This document shows positions 9,171 through 18,637 of a DNA stretch of 64,000 nucleotides, in pieces; position 1 is the first letter of the stretch, and each line of letters starts with the position of its first letter. The position numbers and the translations under genes are program-made. The stretch is from Chloroflexota bacterium (lineage in GTDB: Bacteria > Chloroflexota > UBA11872 > VXOZ01), in NCBI GenBank assembly GCA_965221905.1, contig OZ244922.1, positions 1,728,001-1,792,000 of the forward strand. The letters run 5' to 3'. The notes beneath the pieces were generated by a model. It saw nothing but the letters and a program-made list of their open reading frames with translations. It ran no database searches and was not told the origin of the DNA.

Positions 9171-10676
9171 ATGCGTGAACTGACACGGCGGGAACTACAA
9201 GCCGAGACCGAGGATGACATCATGGTAATGGTGGCCGATACGCGCGCCACCATCCTGGCCGGATTTGTCGCAGGCACTGCGATCACTGCCGGCTTCATCG
9301 CGGCGGTTGTGCTGGTCACCGGACTTTGGGGCGTTTTGCAGGCGTTTCGCTTCGGCATGCTCGTTGGCCTGACCGGCTTCGTCGTGCTTGCGGCGATCGT
9401 CGGGCTCCTAAGCTTCTTCATTCCCAGGTTCCCCACCACCAGAGCGGTCGCCGGTATTTTGGTATTGACAGTTGCCGTAATCATTTCCGTCTCCGTTTAC
9501 GTATCAGATGTGGCGATTTTGCCAATGGCAGGACGCCTCTTGCTTAAAGCAATGGGCGGCGCCGTATTACTGGTCGTTAGTCTTTGGTACCTGGTGCTGC
9601 TAGGGGGCGGTTGCGGCGCTCTGATGGCTCTCCTGCAGCGGCGCACGGCCCAGCAGGGCGAACACTGGGGTCTCCGATTTGGACAAGTCGTCACGATCCG
9701 CACGGACCCGCATGTCCTGTTGGCCGTTTTCACCGTGCCGCTAATGCTGGCGGCGGTGTTTGGCGCTGCCTACTACCCGGCCCACTCGCTTGCGGCTGTC
9801 GTATTCTTCTCGCCTTTCTGGGTACCATCAGGATTCCTATTCGAGCAGGGATGGGCGCCGCTCCTGCGCCTGGTGCTTGATGCGCGAGTGGGGCAGAAGC
9901 TCTGGTTTCAGCAGAGCGTTGCGCTCGTCCGGCTGCTCCAGTCTGAGGACGTGCTCTTGCTCGGCGCAGTGTTCCAAACAGTGACGGTTGACCCCGCAAC
10001 CGGTGCGGCTCGCATTCGCGGTACCTTTCGAAATGAGGCCCAGATACAGCGGGTTCAGGAAGTCGCCCAGCGAGTACGCGGCGTGAGACAAGCTGAAATT
10101 GAGAGTGTTCTGCCGAGAGCTTCGATAGAGCTGGCAAACTTAACTCTTTCTGAGCGTGAGCGGATGCTTGCGCAGCGCTGCCCGGAGTGTATGCAGCCCA
10201 TCGTAACTGATGAACTGTTCTGCCGTTCCTGCGATTCCTTCTTGCAAAACGAGCTCGTGGGACGGAAGGCCAAACTCTTTCCGCGTTTGCTGGCTGCCGC
10301 GATAGATGCAGGCGTCCCCGCTGCGATCCTACTCATGTTTGTTATCCAGCCGGTTACGCCCTGGGCCATTGCGCATCCGCTCAACTGGTTTTGGCGGTTT
10401 ATTTTCGCGCCGGCCCTGTACGCTTCATTCTACGTATCGGTGCTCCATAGCGGCACGACGCCGGGGAAGGCGCTGCTCGGCCTGGAAATCATTGACTTGA
10501 GGAATCACCGTTACCCGCGTTTGCCACGAATACTGCTGCGCGAACTTGGGGGTAAGCTCGTCAGTACCCTCTGTCTCGGTATTGGATTCTTGTGGGCGGT
10601 CTGGAACAAAGACAACCAGTCCTTGCACGACAAACTTGCCGGCACGGTCGTAGTGCGTAATCCAGACCTGTGGTAG
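9171..10676 (+). CDS. Multi-TM + BON-like + double Zn-ribbon + RDD-family membrane protein, paralog 1
   Basis: GAGGAGG RBS; hydrophobic N-half; CPEC..FCRSC; RDD motifs PRLLAAAID, GTTPGK.LLGL and QSLHDKLAGTVVV. Confidence 0.8.
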   Translation: MRELTRRELQAETEDDIMVMVADTRATILAGFVAGTAITAGFIAAVVLVTGLWGVLQAFRFGMLVGLTGFVVLAAIVGLLSFFIPRFPTTRAVAGILVLTVAVIISVSVYVSDVAILPMAGRLLLKAMGGAVLLVVSLWYLVLLGGGCGALMALLQRRTAQQGEHWGLRFGQVVTIRTDPHVLLAVFTVPLMLAAVFGAAYYPAHSLAAVVFFSPFWVPSGFLFEQGWAPLLRLVLDARVGQKLWFQQSVALVRLLQSEDVLLLGAVFQTVTVDPATGAARIRGTFRNEAQIQRVQEVAQRVRGVRQAEIESVLPRASIELANLTLSERERMLAQRCPECMQPIVTDELFCRSCDSFLQNELVGRKAKLFPRLLAAAIDAGVPAAILLMFVIQPVTPWAIAHPLNWFWRFIFAPALYASFYVSVLHSGTTPGKALLGLEIIDLRNHRYPRLPRILLRELGGKLVSTLCLGIGFLWAVWNKDNQSLHDKLAGTVVVRNPDLW

Positions 10677-10822
10677 TGCGCCCTTTGAAATCGCACCCTT
10701 ACCGGCTGCAGTTCACTTTGTGTTTCAAATTGCTGTAGCGGGACTTTAGGGTTGGAGATAACTTTGAGTTTAGGAGAGTCTTTTATCCGAATCCGCATTG
10801 GCTTACACGGGAAAGGTCTGTC

Positions 10823-12202
10823 ATGACTCGTCGTCAACTGCTTGAATGCCTATTGCTCGGTACTCAGGTCCTGGCCCTGGCTGCCTGCGGCGGCGATGAC
10901 GAGGACGACGCGGAGCAGCCCCGCGCTGCGCCGGAGGTCCCGCAGGCCTCTGTGCCAAAAGTCGCACGAGAGCCGGTGACGCTGAGGCTTGCCGCCGTGC
11001 TGGATCGGCATGGCACTTCCGTCGGCGATGCCATCGAGCGGTGGAATGCAGGCGAGGTCCCGGGCGCTCCTGAAGATGTCCAGCTACAGCGTGTCAAGAT
11101 TGGAATATCGTGGTCGTCCGAGCCGCTGGCACTCATCGAACGTGCGCAAGTCACATTGAGGGCCTTCCTGAGCGAACAAGAGTCTGCCGGCACACCGCCG
11201 GACCTGCTCATGGTCAACACATTCTTTGACTTCCCCTGGATATATGGGAGCGGTCTGGTTCAGCCGCTCGACCGGTATCTGCAGCAAGATCGCACCGAAC
11301 CGCTAGGAAAGTTTCTGCCCGCCGCGCTAGAGTTGGCGCGCTACCAAAGCCAGACAATAGCGCTGCCGGTTGCCCTGGACGCCGGCGTGGCGCGGTATCA
11401 CCCCAAGCACTTCTCCAATGCCGGCCTTTCGCTGCCGGAAAAGGGCTGGAGCCGTGAGGGATTTGTCGCCGCCGCCCAGAAGCTGACAGAGGATACCGAT
11501 AGTGACGGCAAAGTGGATGCATGGGGCTACCATCCGGCCAAACTGTTCGTGAACTGGTTGCCATTCGTGCTGCAGGAGATGGACAAAGACGTGATCGACC
11601 TGCAGACAGGCGCCGTGAGACTAACTGATCCGGCGGCGCTGCGCGGGCTTCAGTTCTGGGAAGAGTTGGGACGGGTGCATGGCATCATGCCGCACGGTGC
11701 GACAGTGACCGAGGACCACTTCGATGCGGACTTCACCACCTTGCTTCCCGGCATTCTCTTCTGGCTATATCTTCCTCCCAGCAATATGCTGCCCGGTCAA
11801 CAAGCCCCGTTGCCGGCCGGACCGCGGGACGTAACACCGTTATCGGTCTCGCAGGCAGTGGCGATCCCTGCCGTCGCGCGCGATGCCGCCCTTTCCTACG
11901 AGGTGTTGATGCCGTTTGCGCTTCACCTTGGCGAGCACCTCCTCATGCCGCCCGTGATCGCGGGACAGCAGTACATTGAGAAACCCACCACCGATTACTT
12001 GGAACTCATGCTGCCTCCTCAGGACCGGGAGCTAGTTTTTCATCTACTCGATACCGCTCGGGCATCGCCACTGGCGAGCAGCCTCGTGATGACGATACGG
12101 CTATTCGAAAGGCTGACTCTGCCGCTGGCGCGCGGGGAAGCGGATGTCGTCCAAGCCGCGCAGCACGGACAAGACTGGCTGGAATCCTATTTGAACCAGT
12201 AG
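10823..12202 (+). CDS. Solute-binding lipoprotein, paralog 2
   Basis: MTRRQLL...LAACGGDDEDD; same conserved blocks as paralog 1. Confidence 0.85.
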   Translation: MTRRQLLECLLLGTQVLALAACGGDDEDDAEQPRAAPEVPQASVPKVAREPVTLRLAAVLDRHGTSVGDAIERWNAGEVPGAPEDVQLQRVKIGISWSSEPLALIERAQVTLRAFLSEQESAGTPPDLLMVNTFFDFPWIYGSGLVQPLDRYLQQDRTEPLGKFLPAALELARYQSQTIALPVALDAGVARYHPKHFSNAGLSLPEKGWSREGFVAAAQKLTEDTDSDGKVDAWGYHPAKLFVNWLPFVLQEMDKDVIDLQTGAVRLTDPAALRGLQFWEELGRVHGIMPHGATVTEDHFDADFTTLLPGILFWLYLPPSNMLPGQQAPLPAGPRDVTPLSVSQAVAIPAVARDAALSYEVLMPFALHLGEHLLMPPVIAGQQYIEKPTTDYLELMLPPQDRELVFHLLDTARASPLASSLVMTIRLFERLTLPLARGEADVVQAAQHGQDWLESYLNQ

Positions 12203-12377
12203 CGTTCACTGCGTACTTAGGAGCCTTTTAGCGTAGGAGAATCGGCACGATTGGGTGAAAACTGCCAACTGGTGTGAAGACCGTTCCTGGAATTAGATAC
12301 ATCCACAAACGAAGTTGGAACCAAAGAGTTGCCGCCGGAGGGCGGGGATTCCTTTCAGAGATACAGAGGTTTTTCTT

Positions 12378-13748
12378 GTGACTAGACGTGAGTTGCTTGG
12401 CCGTACGCTATTGGGCGCGCAGGTCATTCTCTTGGCGGCCTGCGGCGGCGATGATGAGGACGAAGTGGAGCAACCGCGCGCTGCACCCACGGCGCCACAG
12501 GCTTCTGTGCCGAAGCTCTCAAGAGAACCGATTGTACTGACGCTTGCCGCGTCTCGCGGAGGCGGCCCGACGATCGACGCGATCCGTCAGTGGAATGAGG
12601 GCAATATCCCCGGCGTTCCCGACAATGTCGAATTGCAAGACGCTAAGCTGACGTTTTCTACATCGGGAAATCTGGAAACCACTCAGGATGCGTTAGCCGG
12701 CGCCCTTAGCGCTCGTATCTCTGCAGGCACAGTGCCGGACATGATGGCGTTTGATTGGCAGATTGACTTTCCGTGGCTGTTTAAGAGCAATCTCTTACAA
12801 CCCCTGGACCGCTTAATGCAGCAAGATGACAGACAGCCGGCGGAGCAGCTCTTCCCCCAAGCGATGCGGCTAGTGCGCTACCAGGGGCAAACTATGGCGC
12901 TGCCGACGAGAGTGACTGCTGGCGTTGCCCGGTATATTCCAGATATGTTCTCGAGTGCGAATGTCGCAGCACCGCACGCGGGATGGACACGAGATGACTT
13001 TGTGACTGCTGCGAAGCAGCTTACGCAGGACACAAATGGCGATGGCGCGGTGGACCAGTGGGGTTTTGCCGTTAGTCACTTCTATCCGGATTGGCTGCCC
13101 TTCGTGCTCCAAGAGGCAGGCAAAGATGTGATTGATCTCGAGACCGGCGCAGTACACTTGGCCGATCCAGCAGCGCTGCGCGGCCTTCAGGTCTGGGACG
13201 AGCTCGGACGCGTGCACGGCATTATGCCCTACGGGCAGGAGTTTCATGCTAGCCAACCGCGAATTCGCGGCCCTTATCGTCCCAATCGCACAGGCATCCT
13301 ATTTCAGACTGCTTTTGAGACAAGCCGAACTGATGGCCGCAACCTGGCCGCGATCCCTTTGGGACCAATGGAGGGCACACCGCTCATACTTTTTGACATC
13401 GTAGCGATTCCTGCAAGTGCGCGAGATGTCGATCTTTCGTACGAAGCGTTGGTTCCGCTTGCTTTGCACAGTGGTGAACGCAGTAAGTTGCCAACAGTCA
13501 AGGCAAGCTTGCAGCACATCAAGACACCGGGATCGAGAGATCACATCAATCTACTCTTTCTTGAACAAGACCGAGAGATTATCCTTAATATTCTCAATAC
13601 TGCTCAGCCTTCGTACTTGGCCAGTAGCAATGCTATGAATAACTGGCTCTTTGCCAATCTGACGCTGCCGCTGGGGCGTGGTGAGGTAGACGTGGAACAG
13701 GCTGCCCAACAGGCGCAGAATTGGCTGAAATCTTACTTGAACGAATAA
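12378..13748 (+). CDS. Solute-binding lipoprotein, paralog 3 (most divergent body)
   Basis: GTG 12378 after GAGGT; TRRELL...LAACGGDDEDE; DTNGDGAVDQWG. Confidence 0.85.
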   Translation: MTRRELLGRTLLGAQVILLAACGGDDEDEVEQPRAAPTAPQASVPKLSREPIVLTLAASRGGGPTIDAIRQWNEGNIPGVPDNVELQDAKLTFSTSGNLETTQDALAGALSARISAGTVPDMMAFDWQIDFPWLFKSNLLQPLDRLMQQDDRQPAEQLFPQAMRLVRYQGQTMALPTRVTAGVARYIPDMFSSANVAAPHAGWTRDDFVTAAKQLTQDTNGDGAVDQWGFAVSHFYPDWLPFVLQEAGKDVIDLETGAVHLADPAALRGLQVWDELGRVHGIMPYGQEFHASQPRIRGPYRPNRTGILFQTAFETSRTDGRNLAAIPLGPMEGTPLILFDIVAIPASARDVDLSYEALVPLALHSGERSKLPTVKASLQHIKTPGSRDHINLLFLEQDREIILNILNTAQPSYLASSNAMNNWLFANLTLPLGRGEVDVEQAAQQAQNWLKSYLNE

Positions 13749-13914
13749 TATGCCACGCAGAACTAAAACCCATATAGGTAGAAGTGTTGGTAGCATTGGA
13801 CGACAATTGTATTCGCGTGCGTAGACTGTATCTGGACTGAAGTGTGGGTCGATTGCGGGAATGGAGTACAAGCAATGCCGTTGAATGGTAGGGATTTCTT
13901 CAGGAGTTGCGGGG

Positions 13915-15306
13915 ATGTTTCCAGTTTCCAGACGTGAACTGCTCGGCCGCACAGTGCTTGGTGTGCAGATTCTATTGTTAGCTGCCTGCGGCGGCGATGA
14001 TGAGGACGAAGTGGAGCAACCGCGCGCCGCGCCGACGGCACCGCAGGCCTCCGTGCCAAAGCTTGCCAGCGAACCGGTCACGCTGAGGCTTGCCTCGGTT
14101 CAAGATCAGTTTGCCGGCGTAGTCGAAAGGTCTATCAAGCTATGGAATGAGGGCGGGGTTCCTGGGGCGCCGGAAGGCACCTTGCTGGAGCGTGTGGGAG
14201 GTCCAAGAGTTGGGCCGTCTGGGAACACACTGATGTTTGTCGAGAGTGCACAGGCAGCAACGAGAACCTTCCTAACCGAGCAGGAGTCTGCTGGAACGCC
14301 ACCCGATTTGTTCTTGTTCAACAGGTTCTTCGACTTTCCCTGGGTCTTCCGCAGCGGTCTTGTCCAGCCGCTGGACCGGTACCTGCAGCAAGATCAGACG
14401 GAGCCGCTAGGAAGTTTCTTGTCGTCTGCAATGGAGTTAGTGCGCTACCAGGGCCAGACGATGGCGCTGCCAGTCGCCCTTGACGTCGGCGTGGCGCGGT
14501 ACAACCCCAAGCAATTCACAGATGCAGGCATTCCTCTGCCTGACAAGGGCTGGACCCGCGAGGAATTCGTGGAGGCTGCCCAGCGGCTGACACAGGACAC
14601 AGACAATGACGGCAACGTGGATGCGTGGGGTTTTCGGCCGATAGGTTTATTTGCCAACTGGTTGCCCTTTGTCTTGCAAGAGATGGATGAGGACCCGATA
14701 AATTTCGACACCGGCGCCGTTCGTCTCACGGACCCGGCGGCGTTGCGCGGACTTCAGTTCTGGGAAGAGTTGGGTCGATTGCACAAGGTCATGCCTCATG
14801 GCGCGACCGTAACAGCCGACCAATTTGGCGCCAACTTCACGTCCTTGCTTTCCGGCATTCTCTTCTGGGACTTCTTGCCTCCCAGCCACAATTTGCCCGG
14901 CCAGCAAGCGCCGTTGCCGACTGGACCGCAGGACGTTACGACGTTGACTCTATCAGGAGCATTGACAATTCCCTCTGTAGCCTCAGACGCCGACTTGTCA
15001 TACGGTGCGCTACGGCCTTTGGCGCTAAATCTGGGAGAGCGCCTCCTGTTGCCGCCCGTGACTGCGGGGCAAGAGTTCATTGAGAATCCCAGTTCTGACA
15101 ACCTGGAACTTGCGCTGCCGGAGCACGAACGGCAGCTAGTTCTTCACCTGCTCGATACCGCCCGACCCTCCCTACTGGCGACGAGTTTTATCATGACAAA
15201 TCAACTTTTCCAAAGCATGGTATTACCCCTTGCCCGCGGCGAAATGGACGTAGGACAGGCCGCGCAGGAAGCGCAAAATTGGCTGCAATCCTATCTGAAC
15301 GAGTAG
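13915..15306 (+). CDS. Solute-binding lipoprotein, paralog 4
   Basis: ATG 13915 after AGGAG; SRRELL...LAACGGDDEDE; DTDNDGNVDAWG. Confidence 0.85.
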   Translation: MFPVSRRELLGRTVLGVQILLLAACGGDDEDEVEQPRAAPTAPQASVPKLASEPVTLRLASVQDQFAGVVERSIKLWNEGGVPGAPEGTLLERVGGPRVGPSGNTLMFVESAQAATRTFLTEQESAGTPPDLFLFNRFFDFPWVFRSGLVQPLDRYLQQDQTEPLGSFLSSAMELVRYQGQTMALPVALDVGVARYNPKQFTDAGIPLPDKGWTREEFVEAAQRLTQDTDNDGNVDAWGFRPIGLFANWLPFVLQEMDEDPINFDTGAVRLTDPAALRGLQFWEELGRLHKVMPHGATVTADQFGANFTSLLSGILFWDFLPPSHNLPGQQAPLPTGPQDVTTLTLSGALTIPSVASDADLSYGALRPLALNLGERLLLPPVTAGQEFIENPSSDNLELALPEHERQLVLHLLDTARPSLLATSFIMTNQLFQSMVLPLARGEMDVGQAAQEAQNWLQSYLNE

Positions 15307-15407
15307 TTCTGCATTTGTCTTGCCTGGATTTGAGCACGGGCGGATAAGATGGAGTAGGATAGACACCAAAGAGGCACGGTTCAACAATCGTGAGGAGTAC
15401 GTGTCAG

Positions 15408-16919
15408 ATGCGGGACTTTAACCGGCGAGAGCTCGTAGCGGCCACCGAAGATGATGTCCTCATCATGGTGGCGGACATCCGATCGACTCTCATTGCAGGT
15501 TTTGTGGCGGGCATAGGAATTATAGCCGCCTTTATTGGCCTGGCCGTGGTCCTAGCCAGCCTATGGGAGCTCTTGCGCCCCTTCTACTTTGGCATTCTCA
15601 TTGCCGCTGTGGGGCTTGTGATCTTTATTGCATTTCTTGGCATCACGGGGTACTTCATTCCGGAGCTTCTGTCGGCGAGGGTGGTTGGAATATTCCTTGC
15701 CGTGATGCTTGTGCTAGCTTTTGCCGTGGCGTCGCTGACGGCAGATACCACGAGCACTTCCATCTTGGCCAATGCTGGCGGACTCTTGCTTAGTATGGCG
15801 GTCGGGATTCCGGTCCTCATCGGACGTCTTTGGGTTGTCGTGATCGCGGGAGGCATTCTTGGGACTCTGGTCGCTGCGGTCCAACGGGACGCACTGCGAC
15901 ACGAGAAGCGCATGCGCCTCTACTTCACGTCAATTTTCACGCTTGATGTCGAACCTCACACCTTCCTCTCAATCATGGGTGGCAATTTGCTGGCGATTAG
16001 TGCAATTACCGCTGCTTTTTCGCCGCCCCTCAATGCCGGTCTCGCGGCCTCCGTAGTGTTAACGCCCGTGTGGGTTCAGGCCGGCTTTCTCTTCCAAACG
16101 TACTGGCGTCCGCTCATGCTGCGCGTGCTTGACCAGCGTGTAGGTCAAAGTGTCTGGTTTCGGCGGAACATCGGCCTGATGGAGTTGCTGCAGGGCGAAG
16201 ACTCGGATCTCACGGGTGCCACCTTCATGTCGGCCGGTGTGGATTCGGAAAGAATGGTGGCACGGGTGAAAGGTTACTTCCGACACCCGGACCAGATGAG
16301 GCGTGTGCAAGATAGCGCCATGCGCATTCGGGGGCTAACAGCGGTTGAGGTGGAAGACCTCGCCGTCAAAGAAGCCGAGGAGGATTTGGCACGTGAAGAC
16401 ACAGAAACCGGCGGGTTGCGATGCCCTCGTTGCCGGGCTGCGGTACCCGACGGGCGCTTGTTTTGTACAGAGTGCAAGACGTTTGTACAGAATGAAGACC
16501 TCGGCCACCGGGCCCACTTTATCCCGCGTTTTCTCGCTGCGTCGCTGGACTTTGGTGTGCCGGCAGGGCTCATACTTCTGTTCGGACTGACCGGCTTTAA
16601 TCCAGCGGATGGCTACAACTTTCTAACCATCTTCTGGCAGTTCCTCTTCATGCCCATCGTCTACGTCATTTTCTTCTTCTCATTCTTGAGTCGCGGCACC
16701 ACGCCTGGCAAGTCACTGTTTGGCCTGGAAGTGGTCCAGTTGGGACAACAAAGGTACCCTGATTTCAAGACCATGTTACGGCGCGAGATTGTAGGCAAGT
16801 TCGTGAGCGGCCTGCCACTCACCTACGGTTTCATTTCGGCATTTTGGGATAAGAACGGCCAAACCTGGCACGACAAGATGGTGGGCACGGTCGTGGTGCG
16901 CGATCCGGATGTCTGGTAG
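15408..16919 (+). CDS. Multi-TM + BON-like + double Zn-ribbon + RDD-family membrane protein, paralog 2
   Basis: ATG 15408 after GAGGAG; MRDFNRREL aligns to MRELTRREL of paralog 1; CPRC..FCTEC; PRFLAASLD, GTTPGK and QTWHDKMVGTVVV. Confidence 0.8.
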   Translation: MRDFNRRELVAATEDDVLIMVADIRSTLIAGFVAGIGIIAAFIGLAVVLASLWELLRPFYFGILIAAVGLVIFIAFLGITGYFIPELLSARVVGIFLAVMLVLAFAVASLTADTTSTSILANAGGLLLSMAVGIPVLIGRLWVVVIAGGILGTLVAAVQRDALRHEKRMRLYFTSIFTLDVEPHTFLSIMGGNLLAISAITAAFSPPLNAGLAASVVLTPVWVQAGFLFQTYWRPLMLRVLDQRVGQSVWFRRNIGLMELLQGEDSDLTGATFMSAGVDSERMVARVKGYFRHPDQMRRVQDSAMRIRGLTAVEVEDLAVKEAEEDLAREDTETGGLRCPRCRAAVPDGRLFCTECKTFVQNEDLGHRAHFIPRFLAASLDFGVPAGLILLFGLTGFNPADGYNFLTIFWQFLFMPIVYVIFFFSFLSRGTTPGKSLFGLEVVQLGQQRYPDFKTMLRREIVGKFVSGLPLTYGFISAFWDKNGQTWHDKMVGTVVVRDPDVW

Positions 16920-17206
16920 GGACCAGCTTGGTTAGGATTGACTTCGGGCACCTCTGCGGTGGTGGAGTTACTCGCTGAAACTAGAAGCCTGGGAATAACG
17001 CGAGTGGCACTGACATGCAAGCCCTCCTCATCGTGGACGCCTGTGGCGCAGACATCCGGCACTATAGCGCGATTTGCCCCGTTCTGTAGTAGACTGCGGC
17101 CCTTTACCAGACTGAAGGCGCAGGTAATTGCGCTTGCGTCGTGCAGTGAGATGCGTCAAACTTAAGACAGGTCAGGTGTGGTAAATCAAGGTAGATAAGA
17201 CACCCC

Positions 17207-18319
17207 ATGATCCCTCGACGTGTTTCCAAGCAACTCAGAATTGGCGACGTTACGATTGGTGGCGGCGCGCCGATTCGGGTGCAATCAATGACCACCGCTT
17301 TTACGCGGGACGTGGAGGCGACCGTCGCCGAGATTCTGCGTCTGGCTGAGGCCGGATGCGAGATTGTGCGTGTGGCCGTGCCCCACAAGGAAGACGCGGA
17401 CGCACTACCGGAAATTCGCAAGCGCTCGCCGATTCCGGTGATTGCCGACATTCACTTTGACTATCGCCTGGCGCTGCGCGCCTTGGAAGCCGGTGTGGAC
17501 GGGCTGCGCTTGAATCCCGGTAACATCGGCAGCAGAGAGAAGACGCGCATGGTGGTGAAAGAGGCCAAGGACCGCCAGGTGCCGATGCGCATTGGCGTCA
17601 ACGTCGGGTCGTTGGAATCGCGCCTCATCCCTGAATTGATGATGCTCGAGGGAGATGAGAAGGTCGATAAGACGGCGGCGGCAATGGTTGAGTCTGCGCT
17701 CGATCATGTGAAGATCCTGGAAGATATGGACTTTACCGATATCAAGATTTCGCTCAAAGCGTCGGACGTGCCGACGACAGTCCTTGCTTACCAGCTCATC
17801 GCAGACCGTGTCGAATACCCCCTTCACTTGGGAATCACCGAGGCGGGAACGCCCAAAGCCGGTATGGTGAAGAGCGCCGTGGGACTTGGCATCTTGCTAA
17901 ATCAGGGCATTGGCGATACGCTGCGGGTCTCGTTGGCGGCGGAGTCCACGGAGGAAATCTTCGCCGGCTATGAGATACTCAAAGCGCTCGGCCTGCGGGA
18001 ACACGGTCCGACGCTTATTGCCTGTCCAACGTGCGGACGCTGCGAAATTGAGCTCATCGAGTTGGCGGAACGCGTTGAGAGCTTCCTGCAGAGCGTCAAG
18101 GAACCGGTGAAGGTCGCCGTGATGGGATGCGTTGTGAATGGCCCCGGCGAGGCGCGCGATGCCGACGTGGGCATTGCCGGCGGGCGCGGTAAGGGCGCCT
18201 TGTTCCGCAAGGGCAAGCCGGTGCGTAGCTGCCGCGAAGACGAGCTTTTCGATCTGCTCATCGAGGAAGTCGAGGAGATTGTGGCGCAGAAGCAGGCAGA
18301 GCGGGCCGTCGCGACTTAA
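17207..18319 (+). CDS. ispG: (E)-4-hydroxy-3-methylbut-2-enyl-diphosphate synthase
   Basis: PIRVQSMT, ADIHFDY, RLNPGNIG, LHLGITEAG and the Fe-S cysteines ACPTCGRC / VMGCVVNGPGEA. Confidence 0.97.
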   Translation: MIPRRVSKQLRIGDVTIGGGAPIRVQSMTTAFTRDVEATVAEILRLAEAGCEIVRVAVPHKEDADALPEIRKRSPIPVIADIHFDYRLALRALEAGVDGLRLNPGNIGSREKTRMVVKEAKDRQVPMRIGVNVGSLESRLIPELMMLEGDEKVDKTAAAMVESALDHVKILEDMDFTDIKISLKASDVPTTVLAYQLIADRVEYPLHLGITEAGTPKAGMVKSAVGLGILLNQGIGDTLRVSLAAESTEEIFAGYEILKALGLREHGPTLIACPTCGRCEIELIELAERVESFLQSVKEPVKVAVMGCVVNGPGEARDADVGIAGGRGKGALFRKGKPVRSCREDELFDLLIEEVEEIVAQKQAERAVAT

Positions 18320-18339
18320 GGGCCCGCAGGGAGTGACCA

Positions 18340-18561
18340 ATTGCAGTCCTCGATACGCACAGGGCCTTTGAGCGCTTGACTGAGGCTGGTTTCGACAAGG
18401 AAAAGGCCGAGGCCATACTGGACACTTTAGGCGAATCAGGAGAATCCCTGGCTACCAAGGTCGATCTGCGAGACCTGGAACAGCGCCTGACAATTCGCCT
18501 GGGCGGGCTTGTGGCAGCGGGTGTTGCAATCTTGGCTGTTCAGGACCTATTCACGCGATAG
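18340..18561 (+). CDS. Small DUF1640/CCDC90-like coiled-coil membrane-anchored protein (probable ATT start)
   Basis: xAVLDTHRAFERLTEAGF...LATKVDLRDLEQRL plus a C-terminal TM; paralog of 61589-61831. Confidence 0.7.
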   Translation: MAVLDTHRAFERLTEAGFDKEKAEAILDTLGESGESLATKVDLRDLEQRLTIRLGGLVAAGVAILAVQDLFTR

Positions 18562-18637
18562 GAGCGAATGTTACCAGCGTCCTCGCGACTGAGCACAGTT
18601 CTTACTCCTCTTTTTGATGATAGCGGAGGCACTTGAC

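Noticed and set aside
7591-15306. Diversity-generating retroelement behind the SBP variation
   Set aside because: No reverse transcriptase or template repeat in the window; differences are spread throughout, include indels and are not adenine-specific.
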